NCBI GenBank assembly: GCA_964453225.1
Contig: CAYVNS010000004.1
Span: 63,640-127,639 of the forward strand
Origin: an uncultured Rhodospirillaceae bacterium
GTDB taxonomy: Bacteria; Pseudomonadota; Alphaproteobacteria; UBA9219
Direction of reading: 5' to 3'
DNA length: 64,000 nt
Shown here one piece after another: positions 9,345 through 19,684 of the stretch (its first letter is position 1; every line of letters starts with the position of its first letter). The notes beneath the pieces were generated by a model. The model made no database searches, had not been told where the DNA came from, and saw nothing but the letters and a program-made list of their open reading frames with translations. The position numbers and the translations under genes are program-made.

Positions 9345-10830
9345 ATGCTTCGACTCTCATCAAAAGCATTAAAATCATTCACAGCACCCAACGGCCTTTC
9401 AGTTGACGTTCCGAATTACGACCGAAGCAAGCTTAAGCCGGGCCATCTGCATATCGGCTATGGGAACTTTTTCCCAGCCTTAACAGCGTTGAAAACACAT
9501 CAACTTTTGCAGGCGGGGGATGAAAGCGCTTTTGATTACGGCATCGTCCTCATCAATATCCATCGCTCCGACCGTTCCGCGCTTATCAATCCGCAAGACG
9601 GCCTTTATAGCCGGCGCGATCATGTCGTTCATGTTTGGCCCGTCCGATCCTCAAGCGGTGATTGAACGCATTGCCGCAGAAGAAACGCGCATCGTAAGCC
9701 TGACCATCACGCCGCAGACGCAGCACTCCCTGCGCAACGCCGAAGGCGGCCTGAACCTTGAAAACGCGGATATCCAGAACGATTTGAACCCGAAGGCATC
9801 GCCCAAAACAATTTTGGGCTATCTGCTGCATGGCCTTCGCCTGCGCGAGCGGAAAAGCTTGCCCGGCTTTGCGGTGATGAACCTCGACAATATCGAACAT
9901 AACGGCGATCTTTTGAAAACCACTTTCCGCCAGTTCGTCGAAAAAGCCGATCCGGCGCTTTTGCCCGCTTTGGATTCCAAGCTGACTTTTCCCAACAGCA
10001 TGGTTGACCGTATTGTGCCGAAAACGACGCCGGATTTTTTGTCGCTTGTGGAAAAGCGGCTCGGCCTGCAAGATTTGGCCGCCGTTCCCGCAGAGCCTAT
10101 GCCAAGCATTTCGTGGGCTTTGGAAGGGCACAAGTTTCCCAATGGACGCCCGGCATGGGAAAAGCTGGGTCTTGTAAAAATTGCCGAAGACGTTGCGCCG
10201 TTCGAAATGATGAAACTGCGCCTGCTTAATGCCAGCCGCTTTGGCGTCGGCCACTTATCCGACTTAAAAGGCTATAAAATTTTTGACGACGCCATGCAGG
10301 TTCCCCTTTTCCGGGAATTCATGGCCACGATCATGACAAATGAAGCGCAGCCGACGCTGAAACCGCTTCCGACCGTCGATCTTGAGGCTTACAAGAAAGA
10401 GCTTATCGATCGCTGCGCCAATACGTCCTTAAAAGACGTAGTTGCGCGGACAACAAAGGAAGGGCCGATTAAAAATGTTCTGAATACGGCGCGCGATCAA
10501 TTACAGCTTGGCCTGCCGATTGATTTGCGCGCTTTGAGCGTTGCCGCATGGATGCGCCGCTGCCGCGCCGAAACAAATGAAAAAGGCGAAGCGGTTTTTT
10601 TCGATCACCCCATGGCGGAGATTCTTCAAAAGAAGGCGCGCGAAGGCGGCAATGATCCCTCATCTCTTTTCGGCGTTGCCGAAATTTTTGGCGATATAGG
10701 CCAAAACAAGCTTTTTGCCGCCGTCGTCGGCAAGTACCTTGCGCTATTGGATCGCCCTAATGGAGTTGAAACCGCCATTCGCGAAGCCGTTAAAAACTCC
10801 AACGAAGCGATTTACAGAAGCGGCGCCTAG
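9345..10830 (+). pseudogene. Mannitol dehydrogenase-family oxidoreductase (UxuB/MtlK-like), frameshifted near 9605-9620
   Basis: The N-terminal part is in frame 9345..9665 (HLHIGYGNFFPA..., LINPQDGLY). The rest is in frame 9520..10830 (RIVSLTITPQ..., FAVMNLDNIEHNG...). Conserved motifs are degenerate: GNFHRAH becomes GNFFPAL, and TEKGY becomes TPQTQ. Confidence 0.55.
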
Positions 10831-10921
10831 TAACGATATTGCCGAATCAAAAGCGAAAGCGCATTATTTGGGCCTCGCTTTGGGCTTTCATGCCTGTTCT
10901 TTCTTAAAAAGGATTCCAGCC

Positions 10922-11812
10922 ATGCGTGCTTTCCGCCTCTTTCTTCTGTCTTTCGCTCTTTTTGGCTTCGCTTCATGCGCGACGACGGAAGACGTTTCCG
11001 CTCCCATCTATCGATCGGCGACTCTGAAAAACGCAAAAATACACTACATTGACGAAGGCAAGGGCAATGTTCCTATCGTCTTTGTGCACGGCTGGGGAGG
11101 CCGGATTGATTTCTGGCGCAACGAAATCCGCGATTTGAAGGACGACTATCGGGTCATTGCACTCGACCTGCCGAGCCATGGCACAAGCAGTTCTCCTAAA
11201 GGACATCATTCGCAAATCAATATGGCCAAATCCGTTTTGGCGGTTCTGGATCATGCCGGCGTCGGGCGCGCCGTTTTGGTCGGGCATAGCATGGGCGCAA
11301 ATGTCGTCCGCCACGTCGCTTTGATGGCGCCGGAAAGAGTGGCCGGCATCGTTTTGGCCGACGGGGCTTTCCTCTTTCCGCCGCGCGATGCCAAAGGCAA
11401 GGCTCAGTGGGCCAAGGAAACGAGAACCTTTGTGCGGAAATTTCACGGCCCCAAAGGCGAACAGTACACGCGCCAGTTTATCGACAACATGCATGGGCGC
11501 CTGACTCCCGAATGGGCGAAGGATGAAGTTCAGTCGACCATACTGCACACCCCCCGCAAAGCTCGTAATTCCTCCATGGCGCACTTCGTTGAATATAAAT
11601 CGTGGCCGGAAAAGCAAGTTTTGGCGCCGACGCTGGCCGTTTACGCGCAATCGAAAGACACCCAGCCCGATACTGAAGAAAAGCTGCGCTCGCTTTTCCC
11701 CAATATGGATTTCGTGCTTTGGGAAGGCCCGGGGCATTTCTACATCCTTTATCAGCATAAATGGCTGGATGCGGAAATTCGCGCCTTCATGCAGGAGCAT
11801 GAATTCGAATAA
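10922..11812 (+). CDS. Alpha/beta-fold hydrolase, probable lipoprotein
   Basis: The internal start MRAFRLFLLSFALFGFASC carries a signal peptide and lipobox. HGWGG and the nucleophile elbow GHSMGA are present. The listed start at 10715 would overlap the upstream gene. Confidence 0.75.
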   Translation: MRAFRLFLLSFALFGFASCATTEDVSAPIYRSATLKNAKIHYIDEGKGNVPIVFVHGWGGRIDFWRNEIRDLKDDYRVIALDLPSHGTSSSPKGHHSQINMAKSVLAVLDHAGVGRAVLVGHSMGANVVRHVALMAPERVAGIVLADGAFLFPPRDAKGKAQWAKETRTFVRKFHGPKGEQYTRQFIDNMHGRLTPEWAKDEVQSTILHTPRKARNSSMAHFVEYKSWPEKQVLAPTLAVYAQSKDTQPDTEEKLRSLFPNMDFVLWEGPGHFYILYQHKWLDAEIRAFMQEHEFE

Positions 11813-11950
11813 GCCAAGCAGGTAACATTGTTGTAATTGCCGCTTAACGGGCGAGGGGCAATGCCTTTTCCTGAAAAGCGGAATTCAAAAGCATGTGGTT
11901 TCCTCTCTTTAAAGAATGAGCTTTTAAGAGAAACAACAACAGCCCCTGCC

Positions 11951-12631
11951 CTATTCCAATTCTTCACCCGCCTGTTCAAAAATACGCTTTGTTTCCCCGT
12001 TGCAGGAATTCGCGATGCGCTTTTTTTCCTCCGGTGTGTCGACCGTGTTCGTCAAAAATTCATTGCCCAGGTTTTTAAGATAATTGTTGAGATTCTCGTC
12101 GTTAATAGCGATGATTTTTCGCGCCTCTTCTTCGCTATGGGCATACACGACGCCAAGCTGCCGGAAGTATTCCTTTAATTGCTTTGACGCTTTTTCGGCA
12201 TAGCGAGGAAGAAAGGCCTTCGCCGCGTCGACATGCTTCATTTCATGTTCGAGAACGGCATCATAGCTGCACGACGAAGCCGAAAATTCCCGCGCAACAT
12301 AGACCGTGACTTCCGGAATCTCGATGTTGAAATCGTATTGCGCAAACTGCGCGCAAACCGTCCGGTCGGGCAAGAGCGCGAAGTTAATGACGCCTTTTCC
12401 GGTAATATGGGGCTGCATCCTTGTCAGGCCTCCGATGCGCGCCTGGGGCGAGTCTTTTCCTTTCCTGAGGGCTTTAAGCTGGTCCAGCGAAAGGTTATTG
12501 AAATACTGTGGCTCCGCCATAAATTTTGTAACGGCAATTTGAGGCTCGGTATAAGAAGGGCATTGTTTCGCAATGGCGGGACACGCCCAGCCAATAAAAC
12601 CCAATGCGAAAAGAATAACTGTTTTAACCAT
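11951..12631 (-). CDS. Secreted protein with an HExxH motif (putative Zn-metallopeptidase, DUF922/COG5661-like)
   Basis: Signal peptide MVKTVILFALGFIGWACPAIA and the motif LEHEMKHVD. The family assignment is from memory only. Confidence 0.45.
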   Translation of the reverse strand: MVKTVILFALGFIGWACPAIAKQCPSYTEPQIAVTKFMAEPQYFNNLSLDQLKALRKGKDSPQARIGGLTRMQPHITGKGVINFALLPDRTVCAQFAQYDFNIEIPEVTVYVAREFSASSCSYDAVLEHEMKHVDAAKAFLPRYAEKASKQLKEYFRQLGVVYAHSEEEARKIIAINDENLNNYLKNLGNEFLTNTVDTPEEKKRIANSCNGETKRIFEQAGEELE

Positions 12632-13126
12632 ACATCCCCAACTGCATCCAGTCCGGCGGCAAGAATCCATCTTTTCAAGAAGCAAAGCAGGGGTTGCCCT
12701 TATTAACAAGTTATTTCGCGTTAAGCATGAATTGGCAAAACTTCGGCTATTAGAAAATTGACGGCTATAGGAAATTCCCGTAAGAATCTTGCGTCGCTTG
12801 CTCTGTTCTTTTCCTAATAAGCCTGAAGGGAATTTTTCATGACGAATTTAACGATGGCCCATCTGGATCCAACCTATATTCGTTGGAGCACACAAACGCA
12901 GCTTCAGAGACTTTTTCAAGCCGGTTTGGGAACAATTATTACTTTCAAATAAGGCTATTCTTGATGTTTCCCTTGACGGACCAAGGCACAGTTTAAATGT
13001 TAGCCCCCGCAGAGGGGAAAGACCTTCGGTTGTAAAAGAAGTCATAAAAAAATTCCCGAATTCAATGGAAATTCCGAAGCCTTTATTCCCGGAGCTAAAA
13101 TAGAAAACATCTTTAATCAGGGATGC

Positions 13127-13855
13127 GTGCTTAAGTTTTCCGTTCCCTCGGATCGCTTCGGAGCCGTGGCTGAGCGTTTGGGCGCGCGTGAAAAATATGA
13201 CGAGACGATGGCCGAATATAATACGCGGCGCGTCCTTGCGGAAAAAGGCTTGGCCACACTCAGCCTTATGATGGGGAGTTCTTTTCCCGACGTTTCGGAA
13301 ATAACATCTCACAGCTATATGCTAAAACAAAATCCGGCCATCGATGAATGCGCCACTCTTTATTTTTCGTCCTCCCTGGCTGTAAGAGAGAATAATAAAC
13401 CCTTTGAGCTACGTTCGAGCGGCGCGGAGAAAATGAGAACGCCGATTACCGAAATTGAGCAGCATGCCGCAAAGACTTTGGGCGTTCCTTTCAATGCGGT
13501 TACCGCCGTTTGTTTTGGATATGCGGCGCACAAAGGAAATAATTCTTCTTTCCTGAAGGGCGAGCTTGACGGATGGCAACCCATCAACCGCACGCGCATT
13601 TCCGGCAAGAGAAGAGCGATTGGCGCTTTCCCTTGTTTTAATGAGAGTTGTCTTGGATCCGACTATGCTCCGCTAAAGCTTCCCTGCAACGTCGGCATCA
13701 TGGGGCTTTCTCTTTGGGGAAGCAAAGCCGAGAAGTTGCTTTGCGCCGGAATTGAAAAGGCAATGGAAACCGAAAATATCCAGCCGCCTCCGCGCAGTCA
13801 AATTGCAGCCGGAAATGCCCCTATCGAAGGACGTTCGCTTACGTACGCGCGATAG
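13127..13855 (+). CDS. Hypothetical protein
   Basis: An open frame of 242 codons with a GTG start. No motif was recognised and the start is uncertain. Confidence 0.3.
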   Translation: MLKFSVPSDRFGAVAERLGAREKYDETMAEYNTRRVLAEKGLATLSLMMGSSFPDVSEITSHSYMLKQNPAIDECATLYFSSSLAVRENNKPFELRSSGAEKMRTPITEIEQHAAKTLGVPFNAVTAVCFGYAAHKGNNSSFLKGELDGWQPINRTRISGKRRAIGAFPCFNESCLGSDYAPLKLPCNVGIMGLSLWGSKAEKLLCAGIEKAMETENIQPPPRSQIAAGNAPIEGRSLTYAR

Positions 13856-13965
13856 AGGGTTTCACGACCCCCGAAGGGGGCGCTTCAGGAATGCGAAACG
13901 ATGTTGGATTGACGCAAGCTCAACCATGCGGATAATGTCGGTAGGCGCTCTTCGCGGCCTTTCCT

Positions 13966-15237
13966 ATGCGAAACGGGGGGAATATGACCGACCTCGACCC
14001 GATTATTTTTAATCTTGCCACAGCCCTTGGCATCGGCCTTTTGATAGGCGGCGAACGGGAACGCCGCAAGGGCGAGGGAACCTTACGCACGGCGGCTGGC
14101 ATTCGCACCTTTACGATGGCTTCCCTTGCCGGCGCCGTCAGCGTCATCGTCGGCGGCGAACTGGCTCTTGCCGTCACCATGCTTGGCGTCATCGTCTTAA
14201 CGGCGCTTGCCTATTGGCGCACGAACGAAGACGACCCCGGCCTGACGACAGAAGTTTCCCTGATTCTTATCGTTCTGCTGGGCGGCCTTTCCATGCGGCA
14301 GCCGGCTTTGGCGGCGGGAATTGCGGTCGCTGCCGCCATTCTGCTGGTATCGCGCACGATCCTTCATCATTTTGTGCATAAAGTGCTGACGGATGGAGAA
14401 ATCAACGACGCTTTGGTATTCGCCAGCGCGACGCTTGTCGTTCTTCCGCTTCTTCCCAACGAGCCGATGGGGCCGTACGGCGCCTTCAACCCTTACAAAA
14501 TATGGCTTGTTGTCATTCTTGTCATGGCCATTAGCGCCGCGGGCTATATCGCGGTGCGCACGCTTGGGCCGCGCTTCGGGCTCCCGATCGCAGGCCTTGC
14601 CTCCGGCTTTATCTCAAGCACCGCGACCATCGGCGCGATGGGCGCGCGCGCTGCGCAGACGCCGGGCATTCTTTCCAGCGCGGTCGCGGGCGCCGTGCTC
14701 TCCACCGTGGCGACGATCATTCAAATGGCGGCCGTCGTGGGCATGACGAGCCTGCCCGCGCTTAAGGCCTTGACCCCATCCCTTCTGTTCGCAGGAATCG
14801 CCGCTGTTGCCTATGGGGCCGTTTTCACGATCATCGCCATAAGGCAAAAAACGCAGAGCGAACCCCAACCCGGCGACGCCTTTAAATTCTCAACGGCTGT
14901 GATCTTTGCGGCCATACTTGCGGGCATTATGCTTGCCTCTGCGGCGCTGCGCGAATGGTTCGGAGAAACCGGCGTCATCGTCGCCGCAGCCGTCGCAGGC
15001 ATCGTCGATACGCACGCCGCCGCCATTTCCGTCGCTTCGCTGGTCGCTTCGGGCAAGATGAGCGCCGCGGACGCGGTTATTCCAATCCTCGCAGGCCTTT
15101 CGACCAACACCGTCAGCAAGCTCATTTTCGCGCGCACAAACGGCGGAAATTCCTTCGCGCTTCGGGTCGTGCCGGGGCTGATACTGGTCGCGCTCGCGGC
15201 ATGGGCCGGATCGCTGGTTGCTATCGTCAAATATTAA
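13966..15237 (+). CDS. MgtC/SapB-family membrane protein with a DUF4010-type C-terminal extension
   Basis: LGIGLLIGGERERRKG...AGIRTF is the MgtC-family N-terminal signature. The protein is 423 aa and polytopic. Confidence 0.7.
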   Translation: MRNGGNMTDLDPIIFNLATALGIGLLIGGERERRKGEGTLRTAAGIRTFTMASLAGAVSVIVGGELALAVTMLGVIVLTALAYWRTNEDDPGLTTEVSLILIVLLGGLSMRQPALAAGIAVAAAILLVSRTILHHFVHKVLTDGEINDALVFASATLVVLPLLPNEPMGPYGAFNPYKIWLVVILVMAISAAGYIAVRTLGPRFGLPIAGLASGFISSTATIGAMGARAAQTPGILSSAVAGAVLSTVATIIQMAAVVGMTSLPALKALTPSLLFAGIAAVAYGAVFTIIAIRQKTQSEPQPGDAFKFSTAVIFAAILAGIMLASAALREWFGETGVIVAAAVAGIVDTHAAAISVASLVASGKMSAADAVIPILAGLSTNTVSKLIFARTNGGNSFALRVVPGLILVALAAWAGSLVAIVKY

Positions 15238-15341
15238 GCGCCTGCGAGTAGTGATTGCTGCAATGATATAAACATCTGGAGCAACACTCGTTTCTCGCAC
15301 CAGTCAGAACCGGCAGCGTTTAAAAACTTGCAAGCTTACTC

Positions 15342-16076
15342 TCACCTACGTGGCCCGCGCGAAGGGGACTTAGTTTTTCCCCTGAAGTCCGGACGGAAGC
15401 ATAAATCTTCCGGAAAGGCTCTCGCATAGTCTGCGTTAACGCGCGCCTCGCCATACATCCCATACCATCTTTCCAGGCGCTCGGCTCGCAGGGTTGCGTC
15501 GTTTAACAAAGCGCATGCCGTGCTATACGCCTCGGGGTGAAGCCGCTGTAGCAATGCCCCATTATTCGGTTTTCCATCTTGGTGATTCATGACAGCTCTA
15601 TAGACATAATCTTCATCGTCTCCCGGAATAAATCGGGGTCTGTCAGGATGCGTATGCAAAATCAGAACGCCTTTATCTATCCTTTCCTGAAGAATGCTTT
15701 GCATATTGTCGAGGTACACTTCTTTGCGCGGCACAACGGCAACTGGAGAAACGACTTCTTCAGGCCACGGCGTTTGTTTTTCCAAAAAAGTCGCGCTGTT
15801 TAGAATATATAATTTTCCTGAAGCCCCTCCGTAGGCTTGTTGAAAAGCACCGGCATGCCTTTCACAAAGAAACACCTGTCCGCCCGAATACGGATCGCGG
15901 CCGAAAGTTAACGTGAAATCGCCGAAAAATTTAGACCGATTGGTAACAAACAACAGAGCAATGAGCGGATCTATAGCGGCATATACATAGGGCTTACCAT
16001 GATCCCTTTGGTTAGGCAGTATTCGGCGAAGGTCCATTCTCGTCGAGCCGTGATAAACTTTCCTGTTCATAGGCAT
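15342..16076 (-). CDS. Hypothetical protein (orphan; weak H-Y-E ADP-ribosyltransferase-like motifs)
   Basis: A 244-aa soluble protein. It has VYHGSTRMDLRRIL followed by KPYVYAAIDP. See findings; the resemblance is at motif level only. Confidence 0.45.
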   Translation of the reverse strand: MPMNRKVYHGSTRMDLRRILPNQRDHGKPYVYAAIDPLIALLFVTNRSKFFGDFTLTFGRDPYSGGQVFLCERHAGAFQQAYGGASGKLYILNSATFLEKQTPWPEEVVSPVAVVPRKEVYLDNMQSILQERIDKGVLILHTHPDRPRFIPGDDEDYVYRAVMNHQDGKPNNGALLQRLHPEAYSTACALLNDATLRAERLERWYGMYGEARVNADYARAFPEDLCFRPDFRGKTKSPSRGPRR

Positions 16077-16287
16077 CCGAAATATGGATTAATAAATGCG
16101 ACCAGTATATCACTCGGAAATAGTTTCATGAAGGCATTAAGGCTTTCTGCCTATGAATTACGATGTAATACAGCATGTTATGTGGGTTAGTTTGAAAGTA
16201 ATATTCTCAAAAACGCACCGGGAAATGCTGTTATAATAGCGATAACGCGAACTCATATTGTCTTTGCATATTAGGCTTATCACAAGC

Positions 16288-17340
16288 ATGGCGGCGGAAA
16301 ATATCCTTCCTGCGATAAATAAAAGCATACGCAGCATTAATCGTAACGCCGCCCTGCTTGGCGCCGGCTTGTTCGCCGTGTCCGCCCTTTTCGGCGAAAA
16401 TCCTGTCGGCAGTCTCTCTTCATTAAGCAGCATCGGCTTGTTCGGAGCCTCCCAGATCGTTGGTTTCGCAGGCATGGTCATAGGATTAAACGCGCTGACT
16501 CAGAAAAGCGTGCGCGCGCAGCTTATGCAGTTCAGCGCCTATCCCGCGTTAAGCGCGGTTCAATTCGGCCTGCTAGCCATGGCCGGCATTCATGCCGCAT
16601 TGGGCGGCATCGTCTCCATGTCCATGGCCACCGTTCGCGGACTGTATTTTGCCTCGAAAACGAATCCCGTTACCGGCGAGCCGACAATGACTCACGCGCA
16701 ACGAGGCGTTCGCGCCCTTGGTTTCGCCGCCGCCACCGTTGCGTTCGTGTTTTCGGGCTTTGGCGTTATGGATCCTTTGATCAATATGGGACAGCTTCTA
16801 AGCGGCGATCCGGCCTCCATCGGCATGGCGCTTCCCATCGCCGCCTCGGTTTGCGGCTCTCTGGGAGACGCGATGCCGCGCCTGCGCTACATGCGCCCCA
16901 TAAAAATGACAGGCGCAGCCATCAATTGCATTTACAACGCCTTTTTCTCCGGCGGCATCAATCATCTGATTTCGGAGTCCGGCACCCTGCTGGTTCAGTC
17001 GCACCAAATTATCAGAGACGACATGCCGCCCGCCAATTTCGAAGGCAAGAAGCTGACCCGGCGTGAACGCGTGTCGAGGTATCTTGATCTGATGATGCAA
17101 CCCGACCTTCCCGAAAAAAACTATGTGGCTCGTCAAAAATTATACGAACGCGCACAAGAAGAAAGTTTACAGAAAGCCTTGGGCGAACGCAGAACCCAAG
17201 AAGAAACGCACCAAAGGGCCCGCCCGATTTCGCCAGTGTCGCGCCGGGCGGCAATCCCCGCTTCGCAACCACGGACGGCAAACGACGCGCGCGAAAGAAT
17301 ACTCTTATCGCGAAAAAACGGCCGTGAGCTCCAGCCGTGA
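16288..17340 (+). CDS. Hypothetical polytopic membrane protein with a charged C-terminal tail
   Basis: The ATG at 16288 (MAAENILPAINK) is preferred over the TTG at 16258. Several Gly/Ala-rich hydrophobic helices are followed by a hydrophilic Arg/Glu/Gln-rich tail. Confidence 0.5.
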   Translation: MAAENILPAINKSIRSINRNAALLGAGLFAVSALFGENPVGSLSSLSSIGLFGASQIVGFAGMVIGLNALTQKSVRAQLMQFSAYPALSAVQFGLLAMAGIHAALGGIVSMSMATVRGLYFASKTNPVTGEPTMTHAQRGVRALGFAAATVAFVFSGFGVMDPLINMGQLLSGDPASIGMALPIAASVCGSLGDAMPRLRYMRPIKMTGAAINCIYNAFFSGGINHLISESGTLLVQSHQIIRDDMPPANFEGKKLTRRERVSRYLDLMMQPDLPEKNYVARQKLYERAQEESLQKALGERRTQEETHQRARPISPVSRRAAIPASQPRTANDARERILLSRKNGRELQP

Positions 17341-17347
17341 GACAAAC

Positions 17348-18400
17348 TTATTGGTTCGAGCCGAGGCCGAGGCCCTGAACGGGCGCCGCAAAACAGCTAA
17401 GCGGCGGCCTATGGTTTCTTAGCTCGCTTAAACCCTTTTCAATGATCGGGAAGAGAGGCGAAACCCGGAATCTTCCGATTGAGAATTTACCGTTGGCGAT
17501 ACAAAAGACTCTGGCCTGCGACTCCAGATCAAGCCCCGAAACTTTTTCGGTGAATTTTTGAACGACGGCTTCCTCCAAATTCTGGCGCTGCCTTTCAAGA
17601 CGATAAAAGTCCTGCAAATGGCTTTCCTTGTGTTCGCTTTTGGGGAGGGAGGCATACCAGGCATGCGTTTTGTTATCGTCTGCGGATACCAGCGTCTTTG
17701 CTATTTCGGCTAAAAAAACCGGGTTGTGGAAGGCGCTTGAAGCGCGCTCGTCTTCCACGCCCGACAAAATGCCCTCTGCCGCCTCATTGATCGTTTTTTT
17801 GGCGTTGAGGTTTTGTCGCATGCTTGTCGTTTGCCATGGCTGGTCATTGATATAAAGAGAATAACTTTGCGCGAATTCAGCCGCTTCAACATACTCGTCC
17901 ATGCGGTCGTAAATATTCGGTTCCTCGGAAAGATGCTTTACTTTGGCCAGCACCAATTCCACGGCCATATCCCTATCAAGATCCTCTTTCCAATAAAATC
18001 CTTTGCTGTCGATTTTTTCGATTGTCCGCAGGGCGAGAAGGCACTCTGGATCGGCTTCTTCCGTTTGATTTGCGCGAATGACAATCTCCCGCGCCGTCAG
18101 GCGGATTAAAGGATCGCTTTTACTCCTATCAAGCAAAGACGGCGTGCGCGTGGTCTCCTCCCTTTTTTTGTACCGAAGAAAATCGACGATATAAGTAAGG
18201 CCCGGAAGCCCGTTCTTGCCTTCCGGTATGTTTTTCAGATAATTGTCGAATAAAGTTTGAGCAGCCGCATCGCACTTCACCTGGGGCATATCTTTGAAAT
18301 ATATTTCATTTAGAAGCCGATCGGTCTTCTCCCGCAAATCGCCAAAAAAGGGGCGAAATTCCTTTGCATACCAATCCCTGTCATTGTAAACGGCTGCCAT
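17348..18400 (-). CDS. Hypothetical protein (orphan, soluble)
   Basis: A 350-codon ORF with protein-like composition. No motif was recognised. Confidence 0.45.
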   Translation of the reverse strand: MAAVYNDRDWYAKEFRPFFGDLREKTDRLLNEIYFKDMPQVKCDAAAQTLFDNYLKNIPEGKNGLPGLTYIVDFLRYKKREETTRTPSLLDRSKSDPLIRLTAREIVIRANQTEEADPECLLALRTIEKIDSKGFYWKEDLDRDMAVELVLAKVKHLSEEPNIYDRMDEYVEAAEFAQSYSLYINDQPWQTTSMRQNLNAKKTINEAAEGILSGVEDERASSAFHNPVFLAEIAKTLVSADDNKTHAWYASLPKSEHKESHLQDFYRLERQRQNLEEAVVQKFTEKVSGLDLESQARVFCIANGKFSIGRFRVSPLFPIIEKGLSELRNHRPPLSCFAAPVQGLGLGSNQ

Positions 18401-18789
18401 AATTCTCTCCTCGTTGTTGGGACTATTACGACGATAAATCCTGTCGTCAAAGTTCCACGATTAAATCACCTCGTGCCTTAGCAAGTACTTTCGCTGGCTT
18501 TGTCATATTTTTAAAACATAAACTCCATACGACATCACGTCAAAATTAAATGACCTCTTACCCCTGGACTTTTTCTTAAGGTTAATTCTCCCCTTGTGGT
18601 TGCGCTCCCCTGCGTTTGTTGGGCATTGCGTCAACATGCTGTTTCTGACTGCGGGGACTTCAATGATGCTGTTACGAGCATAAGCTGATGTGCTTTCCGG
18701 GGCGCTCCAATCAACCAAGGAATGCCTGAATATAAAGCTTCATTTCATTGGCTTGTTGGTATAATGCAAAATCCATTCTATAATCGCTT

Positions 18790-19140
18790 ATGGCTTTTTT
18801 CTCTCAAGAACGCTTTTCCGCAGGGAACGACGATGGCTCTTCATCGCCGAAAGGCGACGTGGCGGTTAAAACGCGCCCTGCGACGAAAAAGCCGTCGATG
18901 TATAAAGTCCTGCTTATGAACGACGATTACACGCCGATGGATTTCGTCATCCAGGTGCTGGAAGTGTTTTTCAATAAGCCGCATGAGGAAGCGATGAAAA
19001 TCATGCTGCAGGTTCACAACAGCGGCAGCGGGCTTTGCGGCGTTTACACCTATGAGGTCGCGGAAACAAAAGTCATGCAGGTCATGTCTTCGGCGCGACA
19101 GGCTCAACACCCCCTCCAATGCACAATGGAGAAGGAATAA
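18790..19140 (+). CDS. clpS: ATP-dependent Clp protease adaptor ClpS
   Basis: [24 protein letters not shown]...[26 protein letters not shown] is the canonical ClpS core. Confidence 0.9.
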   Translation: MAFFSQERFSAGNDDGSSSPKGDVAVKTRPATKKPSMYKVLLMNDDYTPMDFVIQVLEVFFNKPHEEAMKIMLQVHNSGSGLCGVYTYEVAETKVMQVMSSARQAQHPLQCTMEKE

Positions 19141-19231
19141 GGGATAGAGAGATTAGCATCGCATTTTATTGATATGTATATAAGAATTTTCTTATATATT
19201 TATTCATATATTATATGATATATCTTATATT

Positions 19232-19684
19232 ATGAAAGCTGCCATTCGCCACCTTGATAATCGCTTCAAGACCTTGACGCCGCTCATATCGGCCTCGCGG
19301 CCGCCTAATGGGTGGTTACGCGCCATTCGCGATGCTCTTGGCATGACGGCCAAGCAACTGGCCGATAGGATTGGTGTGGCACAACCACGCATTACGGAAA
19401 TGGAAAAAGCCGAACTCACAGGGAATATAACTCTCCATTCTCTTCAGCGAGCGGCAGAAGCCCTTGGGTGCCAAGTCGTCTATGCCCTTGTCCCCGAACA
19501 GCCGCTAGCCAAAAGGGTTAGGCAACGCGCCGAATATGTTGCCTCAAAAAAGTTGGCTGCCGTTCAGCAAACGATGTTCCTAGAGGATCAATCCGTGCGC
19601 GACTCTAAAACGCAGAAAGAGATGCGCGACAAAATGATTCAAGAACTTTTGAATAAGCCTTCACGGTTATGGAATGATAAATGA
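19232..19684 (+). CDS. Mobile mystery protein A (XRE-type HTH protein, putative antitoxin/regulator)
   Basis: PNGWLRAIRDALGMTAKQLADRIGVAQPRITEMEKAE is an HTH. Its stop overlaps the start of the Fic gene (ATGA). The pairing matches the TIGR 'mobile mystery protein A/B' families as I recall them. Confidence 0.75.
   Translation: MKAAIRHLDNRFKTLTPLISASRPPNGWLRAIRDALGMTAKQLADRIGVAQPRITEMEKAELTGNITLHSLQRAAEALGCQVVYALVPEQPLAKRVRQRAEYVASKKLAAVQQTMFLEDQSVRDSKTQKEMRDKMIQELLNKPSRLWNDK

Noticed and set aside
10715-10921. Upstream extension of the alpha/beta hydrolase ORF (listed start 10715)
   Set aside because: It would overlap the end of the mannitol-dehydrogenase-family gene by >100 nt. It would also bury a clear signal peptide and lipobox that begins at the internal Met (10922).
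12848-13312. 154-aa minus-strand ORF and a 37-codon plus-strand ORF (12839..12952) in the AT-richer gap
   Set aside because: The composition is Cys/Arg/Phe-rich and not protein-like. It overlaps the 13127 ORF and has no motif. The region may contain decayed gene remnants, but nothing can be supported.
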